From positions 8,164 through 72,163 of the forward strand of contig CAJBYO010000007.1 of NCBI GenBank assembly GCA_903959905.1: a stretch of 64,000 nucleotides of DNA, read 5' to 3'. This document shows positions 30,028-39,327 of this stretch, one piece after another. Position 1 is the stretch's first letter; each line of letters starts with the position of its first letter. This stretch comes from an uncultured Bacteroidales bacterium (GTDB lineage: Bacteria; Bacteroidota; Bacteroidia; Bacteroidales; FEN-979). A model generated the notes under the pieces. It searched no databases. It worked only from the letters and a program-made list of their open reading frames with translations, and was not told the origin of the DNA. The position numbers and the translations under genes were made by a program.

Positions 30028-30040
30028 AAAATCTGAAATT

Positions 30041-30964
30041 ATGACTAAAGTATTGGTTGCTACGGACAAGCCATTTGCTCCGATAGCGGTGAAAGGTATT
30101 CGTAAAGTTGTGGAAGATGCAGGGTTTGAGCTTGTACTCCTCGAAGGTTACACCAGCCAGGATGATTTTGTAAAGGCTGTTGCTGATGTTGATGCTGTGA
30201 TTATCAGAAGCGACAAGGCCGACAGTGGGGTGATTGAAGCGGGCAAAAACCTTAAAATCATTGTCCGCGCAGGCGCAGGCTATGATAACATCGACCTCCA
30301 GGCAGCAACAGCTAAAGGTGTTGTTGCCATGAACACCCCCGGACAGAATTCCAACGCAGTTGCTGAACTTGCGCTGGGCATGATGGTATACTACGCCCGT
30401 GGATTTTTCAATGGAAAATCGGGCAGTGAACTCATGGGTAAGAAACTGGGAATTCATGCCTACGGTTTTGTGGGGAAAAATGTTGCACGCATTGCCAAAG
30501 GGTTTGGCATGGAAGTTTTTGCCTTTGATCCGTTTATTTCACGCCAGGCAATAGAAAAGGATGGTGTGAAATGGATCGGAACAGTGGAGGAACTTTATGC
30601 AACATGCCATTTCATTTCTCTTCATATCCCTGCAAACAGCCAGACAAAACTCTCGGTCAACTATGCATTGCTTTCACGCATGCCTGCACCTGCCTGCCTT
30701 GTTAATACGGCAAGGGCTGAGGTGATCCATGAAGCCGACTTGTTGAAGATGTTCCAGGAAAGAAAGGATTTTGCCTACCTTACAGACGTTGAACCCACCA
30801 ACAAAGCTGAAATTGAAGCGGATTTCAAGGCTAAGTTTTTCTCTACACCTAAGAAAATGGGTGCCCAGACTGAAGAGGCAAATATCAATGCCGGAATCGC
30901 TGCAGCAAAGCAGATTGTTAACTTCATCAAGGAAGGTGATACCACTTTCCAGGTGAACAAATAA
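30041..30964 (+). CDS. serA: D-3-phosphoglycerate dehydrogenase (short form, no ACT domain)
   Basis: D-2-hydroxyacid dehydrogenase fold with NAD motif GFVGKNVARIA. Adjacent to serC. The start chosen at 30041 (MTKVLVATDKPF) removes the overlap with serC. Confidence 0.8.
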   Translation: MTKVLVATDKPFAPIAVKGIRKVVEDAGFELVLLEGYTSQDDFVKAVADVDAVIIRSDKADSGVIEAGKNLKIIVRAGAGYDNIDLQAATAKGVVAMNTPGQNSNAVAELALGMMVYYARGFFNGKSGSELMGKKLGIHAYGFVGKNVARIAKGFGMEVFAFDPFISRQAIEKDGVKWIGTVEELYATCHFISLHIPANSQTKLSVNYALLSRMPAPACLVNTARAEVIHEADLLKMFQERKDFAYLTDVEPTNKAEIEADFKAKFFSTPKKMGAQTEEANINAGIAAAKQIVNFIKEGDTTFQVNK

Positions 30965-31049
30965 TCCTTCGGTATAAATTATTATTACTATTATTGCACC
31001 ATTAACGATCGTATAACGCTAAAAAAATCGTAATAAAAAGAGCTAAACC

Positions 31050-31475
31050 ATGGAAAATGAACACGAAAGACCGACTACTTTCTTCAGGTTTGAAGACCTG
31101 AGGATCTATCATAAGGCTCTTGAATACGTTAACTGGGTCTATGAGGTTGCCAGAAATCCCAAAGATAACCCGTTTCTGGTATCGTTTTTTGAGCGGTTTC
31201 TAACGTCTGCAAATGGTATTGCATTAAATATTGCCGAAGGATCTTCCCGCAATAAAAGTCAGTTTGTTTATTACCTGAAAATGGCGAAAAGTTCCGTCAG
31301 GGAATGCGTTGTGTTGTCTTCAATCGCCCAGGCCCGCGGGTTTGTCAATGCCGCTGAATTTGAAGATTCAAAAAACCGCCTGATGGAAATGACCAAAATG
31401 ATCGGTGCACTGATCGGTTCACTTCAACGTAGTGTGAAACCCGGCGAACTTGATGATGAAGATGGGCCGGACTGA
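31050..31475 (+). CDS. four-helix-bundle protein (23S rRNA intervening-sequence protein / Avd-like family)
   Basis: FEDLRIYHKALEYVNWVYEV...IAEGSSRNKSQFVYYLKMAKSSVRE pattern typical of this family. 141 aa with an acidic tail. Confidence 0.7.
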   Translation: MENEHERPTTFFRFEDLRIYHKALEYVNWVYEVARNPKDNPFLVSFFERFLTSANGIALNIAEGSSRNKSQFVYYLKMAKSSVRECVVLSSIAQARGFVNAAEFEDSKNRLMEMTKMIGALIGSLQRSVKPGELDDEDGPD

Positions 31476-31542
31476 TATCCCCGGCTCATCCTTTTTCTGC
31501 TGATAAATCTTTACATCTTACCTGCAACAACTAAAAACTGCC

Positions 31543-32793
31543 ATGGCTATTCTTAAAGCATTCAATGGGCTCAGGCCTCCGGCTCCCATTGTAAAACAAC
31601 TTGCTTCCCGTCCCTACGACGTACTTAACTCTGCAGAGGCAAGACTTGAGGTAAAAGACAATCCCTATTCACTCCTTCACATCATTAAGCCTGAAGTTGA
31701 CCTTCCTGAATCAGCTGATGTACATTCTCAGCCTGTTTATGATAAAGCCAGGGAGAACTTCAACGCCTTCAGGGAAAAAGGATGGCTCGTTGGCGACCGT
31801 TCCCCCCTGCTCTATATTTATGCCCAAACGATGCATGGAAAAAGACAATACGGGATCGTTGGATGTGCTGCCGTGGATGACTACCTGAATGGCATCATTA
31901 AAAAGCATGAACTTACCCGTAAGGATAAAGAAGAGGACAGGATGAAACATGTTCGCATTACCAATGCCAACATGGAACCTGTATTTTTTACATATCCTGC
32001 TGTGCCGGATATTGATGTAATCGTTGCAAATGTTGTCAGCACCAGTCAGCCGGTATATGATTTCACGGCAGATGACGGTGTTGGGCATCATTTCTGGGTT
32101 ATTGAAGACCAGGATACAATCCGTAACATTATTACCCTGTTTGAAACGAAGGTTCAGTTTACCTATGTTGCCGATGGTCATCACAGAACTGCGGCTGCAG
32201 CGCTCGTGGGAAATGAAAAACGGCTGAATAACCCCGGGCACAACGGCTCCGAAGAGTATAATTTCTTTCTTGCAGTCCACTTTCCCGACAACCAGCTGTC
32301 CATCATCGATTACAACAGGGTTGTAAAAGACCTGAACGGCCTTTCCGCCCCTGAGTTCCTGCAAAAGCTTGATCAGGTCTTTACCATTGAAAAGAAGGGT
32401 ACTGAAATTTATAAGCCAGACCACCTTCACAACTTTGGATTGTACCTTGAAAATACCTGGTACTCACTCACGGCCAGGGAAGGAACTTACAATGATACCG
32501 ACCCGATCGGTGTGCTGGATGTAACCATCCTGTCGCGTCTTGTACTGGATAATATTCTCGGAATTGTCGACCTCCGGACTTCCGACCGGATTGATTTTGT
32601 TGGTGGCATCCGCGGGCTTGGAGAATTGGAGAAACGTGTTGACTGCGGGGAGATGAAAGCAGCATTTGCACTTTACCCGGTTTCAATGAAACAACTGATT
32701 GATATCGCTGATTCGGGGAATATTATGCCGCCCAAGACTACTTGGTTTGAACCAAAGCTTAGATCAGGGTTGGTTGTTCATTCACTGGAGTAA
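31543..32793 (+). CDS. DUF1015-family protein
   Basis: MAILKAFNGLRP...RPYDV N-terminus and ADGHHR motif typical of DUF1015. 416 aa. Confidence 0.7.
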   Translation: MAILKAFNGLRPPAPIVKQLASRPYDVLNSAEARLEVKDNPYSLLHIIKPEVDLPESADVHSQPVYDKARENFNAFREKGWLVGDRSPLLYIYAQTMHGKRQYGIVGCAAVDDYLNGIIKKHELTRKDKEEDRMKHVRITNANMEPVFFTYPAVPDIDVIVANVVSTSQPVYDFTADDGVGHHFWVIEDQDTIRNIITLFETKVQFTYVADGHHRTAAAALVGNEKRLNNPGHNGSEEYNFFLAVHFPDNQLSIIDYNRVVKDLNGLSAPEFLQKLDQVFTIEKKGTEIYKPDHLHNFGLYLENTWYSLTAREGTYNDTDPIGVLDVTILSRLVLDNILGIVDLRTSDRIDFVGGIRGLGELEKRVDCGEMKAAFALYPVSMKQLIDIADSGNIMPPKTTWFEPKLRSGLVVHSLE

Positions 32794-32796
32794 AAG

Positions 32797-32876
32797 TTTC
32801 TCGCAGATTTTCGCAGATTAAAGCGCAGATTTAGGCAGATTAATGGAATTCCTCATCTGCTCAAATCTGCGAGAAA
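32797..32876. repeat. palindromic CGCAGATT-rich intergenic element (short copy)
   Basis: TTTCTCGCAGATTTTCGCAGATTAAAGCGCAGATTTAGGCAGATT...AATCTGCGAGAAA. The terminal 13-nt arms are perfect inverted repeats, with 4 direct (C/G)GCAGATT units. It fills the spacer between convergent genes. A second, longer copy is at 40996-41102. Confidence 0.85.
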
Positions 32877-32882
32877 TATTTT

Positions 32883-34739
32883 TCAGTTATTCATGTATTC
32901 CCCAAAAACAGTCTGCAGATACGCCTTCCCTTCATTCCTTACTGAATCCGCCAGTTTCGGATCAGTCCACCAATAATAAAAATCAGGCCCCTTATCATAG
33001 GTGAAATAACCGTAAGGCCTGATCCAGCCTAATCCATCCTCGGTTGTATAAAAGGCAAACTCCTGTGTTGTCGGGTTAAACAGGTCCTTGCTGTAATGAA
33101 ACTCCCTGGCTGGTAACTTTAGCTGGCCGAGCAGGGTCGCTGCAATGTCGTGCTGGTTTCCCATTTTATGCTCGACGGTTCCTTTAAATTCGTCCCGTAC
33201 CGGGTTGCCGTAGAATAGCATTGGGATCTTGTGATATTCCTTTGAGAATGGATGCCAGTTGCGGTATGAGTTGTGACTGTGGTCGGCTACAATGATAAAC
33301 AGGGTGTTATTGTACCAGGATTTCGTTTTGGCCCTGGCAAAGAACTCTCCAAGTGAATGGTCGGTATAATAAGCCCCGTTGATGTATTCATGTTCATTAT
33401 CCCCCCACTTCAACGGCCGACCGTAAGGCTGATCGTAAGGCGAATGGGTGCTCAATGTGAAAAGGGCTGAGAAGAAAGGTTGTTTCATCTTTCCAATATC
33501 CTCAACCATGTAGCCAAGGGTAAATTCATCATGGATACCCAGTTTCCCCTGCGGCATGCTTTTCGGGAAATTGTCGCCTTCCATGATCTTTTCAAACCCG
33601 TTAAAAATGATATAGCTTTTGATGTTGCCGTAAATCAGCTGGCCTCCGAAATAAAAAGCGGAACTGTAGCCTGCCTCCTTCAGCACCTTGACCATACTGG
33701 GCAATTTCACAAATTTATCAGGCTGAACCGTGATGGAACTGATGGGATGAGCGGGAAATCCTCCGAAAATGGAGGCCATTCCCTGTTCTGATCTTGATCC
33801 TGACGCATAAACCTGGTCAAAAAGAATTCCGTCTTTCTGCAGTTTCCTGAACTCAGGTGTGATACCCGGTTCTCCTCCCAAATCCTGGATCAGATCGGCC
33901 GACCAGCTTTCAAGTATCAGCAGAACAACATTCGGCCGGGATGTTTTAAGCATGCTGCGGGTTGAATCAGGTTCGGCCTGGTAAAGCTTATGCATGATTT
34001 TTGCTGCTACATCCTTGTTCATGAAAATGTATGGATTATGATCAAAGTTCTTGAGATTTTCGAAAATGCTGATGTAAAGGTTAAACCCATTGTTTACAGA
34101 TGCAATGTTCAAGATGTTGTGATCCGAAAAATAGGACTGGCTCTGGTTAATCGGGATTGCCTGAACCCCGCCTCGCAAACCGATTAAAAGCAGTCCGGGG
34201 GTAATAAAAACAAATGCGACAGTGAACCATGGGTTGCGCCGGACATTGTCCACATTCAGGTAAAAGTATCTGACATACAATACGATGGAAACTGCAGCCA
34301 TCAGCAGAAAGATGACAATCAACCAATAGAAGGTACCTGTTTCGGCTGAATTGAATATTTCAGCGGGGTGCCTTAAATACTTGATAACCTTGTAGGTGAG
34401 TTTTGTTTTCCATTCTGCATAGATACCCATTTCACCGGCAGCAGTGAGGCTGTAGCCTGTGATGATGATGCCGGCATAGATTTTATTAACCAGGTTCAGC
34501 CATCGCGGGTTCCATACCGATTGTACTGCCAGGATAAGGAACGGAACGACCATGATATAGCATGAGGTTGCCAGGTCCAGTTTGAAGGAGTAATAGAATA
34601 TGCCAAAGATTTCCGTGAACTTCACCTTCTCCACCAGAATGATGTTCATATAATACAGTATGAAGATCAGGCGGGTCAGGTTGAAAAACAAAATCCAGAA
34701 TGAAATCTGTCGCAGGAATGATAAAAGTATTTTTCGCAT
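32883..34739 (-). CDS. LTA synthase / sulfatase-family membrane phosphotransferase
   Basis: N-terminal approx. 5 TM helices, then an alkaline-phosphatase-superfamily domain (NVVLLILESWSAD..., ADHSH). Confidence 0.75.
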   Translation of the reverse strand: MRKILLSFLRQISFWILFFNLTRLIFILYYMNIILVEKVKFTEIFGIFYYSFKLDLATSCYIMVVPFLILAVQSVWNPRWLNLVNKIYAGIIITGYSLTAAGEMGIYAEWKTKLTYKVIKYLRHPAEIFNSAETGTFYWLIVIFLLMAAVSIVLYVRYFYLNVDNVRRNPWFTVAFVFITPGLLLIGLRGGVQAIPINQSQSYFSDHNILNIASVNNGFNLYISIFENLKNFDHNPYIFMNKDVAAKIMHKLYQAEPDSTRSMLKTSRPNVVLLILESWSADLIQDLGGEPGITPEFRKLQKDGILFDQVYASGSRSEQGMASIFGGFPAHPISSITVQPDKFVKLPSMVKVLKEAGYSSAFYFGGQLIYGNIKSYIIFNGFEKIMEGDNFPKSMPQGKLGIHDEFTLGYMVEDIGKMKQPFFSALFTLSTHSPYDQPYGRPLKWGDNEHEYINGAYYTDHSLGEFFARAKTKSWYNNTLFIIVADHSHNSYRNWHPFSKEYHKIPMLFYGNPVRDEFKGTVEHKMGNQHDIAATLLGQLKLPAREFHYSKDLFNPTTQEFAFYTTEDGLGWIRPYGYFTYDKGPDFYYWWTDPKLADSVRNEGKAYLQTVFGEYMNN

Positions 34740-34810
34740 GTTGAATAAAAATGCAAAGGTAAGTCTTAGTCCCGTTCGTTCAAATGTGTAATTTTGTTCA
34801 ACAATAACCT

Positions 34811-35485
34811 ATGATGTCGAACATTGCCACGAATATCCTTTCCCTGCGCAAAATGCTTCCCGGAAGCGTGACCATTGTGGCTGTGTCGAAAATGCAGCAT
34901 GTTGCAGCGTTACGGGAAGCCTATGATGCCGGACAGCGTGTTTTTGGTGAAAACAAGGTACAGGAACTTGTGAATAAACAAGGCCAGCTGCCGGCTGACA
35001 TCGCATGGCATTTCATCGGCCACCTGCAAACCAATAAGGTGAAGATGATCGTTCCCTTCATTGACCTGATACACAGCATCGACAGTTTGCACCTGCTCAG
35101 GGAGGTTGACAGGGAGGCAAAAAAGCACAACCGGAAAATTAATTGCCTGCTTCAGATCAAAATAGCCCGTGAGGAGACCAAATTCGGCCTCAGCCCTGAG
35201 GATGCGGGGGTATTGCTTGACAACCCCGAATATGTTTCACTTCACCATATTAATATTATAGGTGTAATGGGCATGGGTAGTTTTTCTGATGACCATGAGG
35301 TGGTGCGCAAGGAGTTTAAAAGGCTGCATGACTGTTATGAAAATCTAAAGGCCCTGTATTTTAAAGGCCACGGCTCATTTGATGTCATTTCCATGGGTAT
35401 GTCGGGTGATTTCATGGTTGCCATTGAAGAAGGCAGTACCATGGTGCGGATCGGCACTTCAATTTTCGGAGAAAGACAATATTAA
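34811..35485 (+). CDS. YggS-family pyridoxal-phosphate homeostasis protein
   Basis: VAVSKMQ (PLP Lys)...FGENKVQEL...HFIGHLQTNK...MGMSGD motifs. About 224 aa. Confidence 0.88.
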   Translation: MMSNIATNILSLRKMLPGSVTIVAVSKMQHVAALREAYDAGQRVFGENKVQELVNKQGQLPADIAWHFIGHLQTNKVKMIVPFIDLIHSIDSLHLLREVDREAKKHNRKINCLLQIKIAREETKFGLSPEDAGVLLDNPEYVSLHHINIIGVMGMGSFSDDHEVVRKEFKRLHDCYENLKALYFKGHGSFDVISMGMSGDFMVAIEEGSTMVRIGTSIFGERQY

Positions 35486-36357
35486 AAAAGCCAGGCAGAT
35501 ATAAAACGATCTTTGCCCTGGAAGTCTTTTATGATCGCAGCCTTATCAAAGCCCTTCGCAAGTGCGAGGTCGTAAATTTCTGAACCGTACCTTTCATTTA
35601 TCTCAAAATAGAGTCTTGCCGGCCGTACCAGGTGCAACAGTGCAAAGTCAACAATTGCCGTGTAAAACAGAAGGGGGTCTGTATCGGTGACAAAAAGTGC
35701 CTGACCGGGTTCAAAATCAAGGACATTCTTATGCATCTGAGCCTTTTCACTTTCCAGGACGTAAGGTGGGTTGCTCACGATCAGGCTGTAATTTCCAAAA
35801 CTCCCCCATCCTACCCTGTCAAGAATGCTGACCTCGCGAAAAACAATATTGCACTTGTTTGCCAGGGCATTGGCCTGTGCAAGTTCCAGGGCGGCTGATG
35901 AAATATCAATAGCATCAACCGCTGCATTTTTGAAATGCGATTTCAGATCGATGGCAATGCAACCCGACCCAGTACCAACTTCAAGGATGGAAAAACCAGA
36001 TGGTGTTGGCGCCGGGTAATCACTTTTAATGATCAAGCAGAGTTCCTCCGTTTCCGGCCGCGGGATAAGCACAGCCGGACTTACTTTTATGATGGCACCG
36101 TTAAAACTGGTGCTGCCGGTAATGTATTGAACCGGCGTCCCGGTGCGAAGCTTTTCAAGAGCATTGTTGAAGGCATCCATCGCTTTTGATGGGATTTCCT
36201 GGTCGTAAGAAAGGTGCACCCTGGTCTTCTGCCATCCCAGGAATGATTCAAAAAGGATATAAGCAAATTGCCTGATCTCCTGCTGCGGATAGATCCCGGC
36301 AAGCTTGCGCTGGAATTCTTCCATTATATTTTTTACCAGGTTGGCTGCAGGTTCCAT
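35482..36357 (-). CDS. prmC: peptide chain release factor N5-glutamine methyltransferase
   Basis: SAM motif LEVGTGSGCI and catalytic NPPY. About 291 aa. Confidence 0.85.
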   Translation of the reverse strand: MEPAANLVKNIMEEFQRKLAGIYPQQEIRQFAYILFESFLGWQKTRVHLSYDQEIPSKAMDAFNNALEKLRTGTPVQYITGSTSFNGAIIKVSPAVLIPRPETEELCLIIKSDYPAPTPSGFSILEVGTGSGCIAIDLKSHFKNAAVDAIDISSAALELAQANALANKCNIVFREVSILDRVGWGSFGNYSLIVSNPPYVLESEKAQMHKNVLDFEPGQALFVTDTDPLLFYTAIVDFALLHLVRPARLYFEINERYGSEIYDLALAKGFDKAAIIKDFQGKDRFISAWLF

Positions 36358-36391
36358 TCAACGAAATTAAAAATAAAGTAACTTCGCCGCG

Positions 36392-37000
36392 ATGGAAACG
36401 GTAAAAGATTGTTATAATTCAATTGCTGGCGAATCCCGTGCCATTTTCAGGGACAAAGCCAGTAAATTTCTCGCTTTTGCCTACCCTGTTTCCACTGAAG
36501 AAGAGGTGAAGACCCTGCTGGACCTGCTGCGAAAAGAATATTATGATTCAAACCATCATTGTTATGCATACCGGCTGGGACTGGAAAATGCTGTTTATCG
36601 CACAAACGATGACGGTGAACCGTCGGGTTCGGCCGGCAAACCCATTTACGGACAAATACTTTCAATGGAACTGTCGGATGTACTTGTAGTGGTTGTCCGG
36701 TACTTTGGCGGAACCAAACTGGGAATCCCCGGATTGATCCATGCCTATCGAACTGCCACGAGGGAAGCACTGGAACAGGCCGAGATTGTTGAAAAAACAA
36801 TCAGGCTGCATTTCAAAGTAACATTTGACTACCCGATGATGAATGACATCATGAGAATCCTCAAAGAAGAAGGGGCAAAAATAGTCGGCCAGAATGCAGT
36901 GGAAAGGTGCGAAATTGAATTTCAAATCCGGAAAGGATTTGCTGAAAAGGTAGCGATCCGGATTAACAGGCTCAGAAACATATCTTTGGTGGTCAAATAG
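36392..37000 (+). CDS. YigZ / IMPACT-family protein
   Basis: HHCYAYR...DDGEPSGSAGKPI...VVVRYFGGTKLG motifs of UPF0029. Confidence 0.8.
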   Translation: METVKDCYNSIAGESRAIFRDKASKFLAFAYPVSTEEEVKTLLDLLRKEYYDSNHHCYAYRLGLENAVYRTNDDGEPSGSAGKPIYGQILSMELSDVLVVVVRYFGGTKLGIPGLIHAYRTATREALEQAEIVEKTIRLHFKVTFDYPMMNDIMRILKEEGAKIVGQNAVERCEIEFQIRKGFAEKVAIRINRLRNISLVVK

Positions 37001-37396
37001 AGAAAATTGTTAATTATTTTAATAATTTAGACTTATTATAAATTATCAAAATAGTTGATTTTGCTAACTAATTGAAACATAAGTAGCATATTATTTATAA
37101 AGATTCTTAATATGTATTCCGCATGACTAAAATTCAATCATCAAGATATTGACATGCCGCAAAATAGGCTTGTTGACATCGATTGAAGGATGAACACAGC
37201 GGCCATTTTCAGGAAACATTTTTTTCAATAATCAAGAATAAAATGTTTTTTTTTTCCACTTTTTTTTCCAAATTTTGTTGATAATAAAATACTACCCCAT
37301 CCTATTTGGATTTTGACTTGCGGACAATTTCCAACACATTGATAAGTATAAGGATACGATAAAGCGAGCAATTAATCTTTCACGGTAATTGAATTA
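37001..37396. other. AT-rich dnaA-upstream region: candidate oriC and/or dnaA promoter
   Basis: The largest non-coding gap in the window (396 bp), very AT-rich with long T-tracts. It holds degenerate DnaA-box-like 9-mers: TGTTGATAA at 37276-37284 (1 mismatch to TGTGGATAA), TTTTCCACT at 37252-37260 (2 mismatches to TTATCCACA). No perfect box. Confidence 0.3.
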
Positions 37397-38833
37397 ATGG
37401 AAAAGAACGCAGTCGAAGTTTGGGAAAATTGCCTCAAAGTCATCAAAGATAATATCAACTATCAAAGCTTTAAAACCTGGTTTCTTCCGATCAGTGCGGT
37501 GAAACTTAAAGACAGTGTATTAACGATACAGGTTCCGAGTCAGTTTTTCTATGAATGGCTGGAAGAACATTATATCGGCTTACTGAAAAAGACGATCAGA
37601 AAAGAACTTGGACCGGAAGGAAGGTTGGAATACAGCATCATTGTTGATAATTCAGATGTTGAACCCGGCCCATTGGTGATCAAAATGCCCACCGGTGAAA
37701 AAACAGCAACATCAAATCAGCCCGTGCCCATGCCAATTGATGTAAACAGAGGTAGTTCCAAGGAAATACCCAACCCGTTCATCATACCGGGACTCCGGAA
37801 GATCAAAATCAATTCCCAACTGATTGAGAGTTATTATTTTGATAACTTCATTGAAGGGGATTGTAACCGGCTGGCCAGGTCGGCCGGACTGGCAGTTGCC
37901 AGCAACCCAGGAAAAACTGCATTTAACCCGCTCTTTATCTACAGTGCCACCGGCCTTGGAAAAACCCACCTTTCTCATGCGATCGGATTACAGGTCAAAA
38001 ACAACTTCCCTGAGAAAACAGTGCTGTATGTCACTACCGACCAGTTTACCAACCAGTTCATTGATTCGGTCAGGAACAACAACCAGAATGATTTTATCCA
38101 CTTTTACCAGATGATTGACATCCTGATCCTGGATGACATTCATAACCTGGCCGGCAAGGAAAAAACCCAGGATGTGTTCTTTCACATCTTTAACCACCTG
38201 CATCAAAAGAGCAACCAGATCATTCTGACCTCCGACAAACCGCCGGTTGAAATGAAAGGTATTGAACCGCGGCTTCTTTCCAGGTTCAAATGGGGCCTGT
38301 CAGCCGATCTGCAGGTGCCTGATCTTGAAACACGCATTGCCATCCTGCACAAGAAGTTATACAACGACGGCATCCAGATCCCCGCCGAAGTCATCGAATA
38401 TCTTGCATATAATATTAATACCAATGTCAGGGAACTGGAAGGCGCCCTGATCTCCCTGCTTGCACAATCCTCCCTGAATAAAAAGACGATTTCGCTGGAT
38501 CTTGCCAAACAAATGATTGACAAGTTTGTAAGGAACACCTCCCGCGAAATTTCAATTGACTATATCCAGAAGGTTGTTTGCGCATTTTTCAATATTCCCG
38601 TTGACATGATCAACTCAAAAACAAGAAAACGGGAAATTGTCCAGGCACGCCAGCTCTCCATGTATTTCTCCAAGAAACACACCAAATCATCCCTTGCCAG
38701 CATCGGGCTCCATTGCGGAAATAAAGACCATGCCACCGTTTTGCACGCCTGCCGCACCGTCAACAACCTCGTTGAAACTGACAAGGAGTTCAGGCAATTT
38801 GTGGAAGAGCTGGACAAACGGATCAAACTGTAA
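37397..38833 (+). CDS. dnaA: chromosomal replication initiator protein DnaA
   Basis: AAA+ Walker A GLGKTHL, Walker B ILILDDIH, C-terminal DnaA-box-binding domain (HATVLHA). 478 aa. Confidence 0.97.
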   Translation: MEKNAVEVWENCLKVIKDNINYQSFKTWFLPISAVKLKDSVLTIQVPSQFFYEWLEEHYIGLLKKTIRKELGPEGRLEYSIIVDNSDVEPGPLVIKMPTGEKTATSNQPVPMPIDVNRGSSKEIPNPFIIPGLRKIKINSQLIESYYFDNFIEGDCNRLARSAGLAVASNPGKTAFNPLFIYSATGLGKTHLSHAIGLQVKNNFPEKTVLYVTTDQFTNQFIDSVRNNNQNDFIHFYQMIDILILDDIHNLAGKEKTQDVFFHIFNHLHQKSNQIILTSDKPPVEMKGIEPRLLSRFKWGLSADLQVPDLETRIAILHKKLYNDGIQIPAEVIEYLAYNINTNVRELEGALISLLAQSSLNKKTISLDLAKQMIDKFVRNTSREISIDYIQKVVCAFFNIPVDMINSKTRKREIVQARQLSMYFSKKHTKSSLASIGLHCGNKDHATVLHACRTVNNLVETDKEFRQFVEELDKRIKL

Positions 38834-38850
38834 CAGAACCTGACAAGGCT

Positions 38851-39327
38851 TTGATAAAAATACTATTTGTCTGTACCGGCAACATTTGCCGCTCTCCCCT
38901 CGCTGAAGGCATCCTTCGTGAAAAATTAAGGTTAAAGAACATTCCTGCTGAAGTTGATTCTTGCGGGTTTGAGTCATTCCATGTTGGAGATCCTCCCGAT
39001 TCCCGCGCACAGTCGGTTGCAATGAAACGTGGAATTGATTTGTCCGGCCTCCGGGCCCGCCTGTTCAGGCAACATGATTTTGATCGGTTTGACAAAATTT
39101 ATGCAATGGATTCCTCGCATTACAGCAACCTGGTGAAACTATGCAGAAATGACGCCGACAGGTTCAAAGTTGATTACACGCTGAATGTGCTATATCCCGG
39201 TCAAAACCTTGGCGTTCAGGATCCCTGGTACCATGATATCAAGGCGTTTGAAAAAGTGTTCCTTCAACTGGATGATGTTTGTAACCAGATTGTTGACAAT
39301 ATCATCAACGAAGCCAGGCAAAGATGA
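38851..39327 (+). CDS. low-molecular-weight protein-tyrosine phosphatase
   Basis: P-loop CTGNICRSP near the N-terminus and a downstream DPWY motif. TTG start. Confidence 0.88.
   Translation: MIKILFVCTGNICRSPLAEGILREKLRLKNIPAEVDSCGFESFHVGDPPDSRAQSVAMKRGIDLSGLRARLFRQHDFDRFDKIYAMDSSHYSNLVKLCRNDADRFKVDYTLNVLYPGQNLGVQDPWYHDIKAFEKVFLQLDDVCNQIVDNIINEARQR

Noticed and set aside
29975-30040. Upstream extension of serA overlapping the serC 3' end
   Set aside because: The extension ([22 protein letters not shown]) is arginine/cysteine-rich and overlaps serC out of frame. MTKVLVATDKPF at 30041 matches the usual dehydrogenase N-terminus.
31050-31475. Avd-like four-helix-bundle gene as a marker of a diversity-generating retroelement
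   Set aside because: There is no reverse transcriptase ORF and no template/variable repeat pair nearby. I did not see any adenine-specific mismatch repeat in the flanks. It is most likely an orphan member of the 23S-IVS protein family.
31711-32430. 239-aa ORF antisense to the DUF1015 gene
   Set aside because: It lies entirely within a well-supported CDS on the opposite strand. The translation is low-complexity with no motif. This is a typical shadow ORF.
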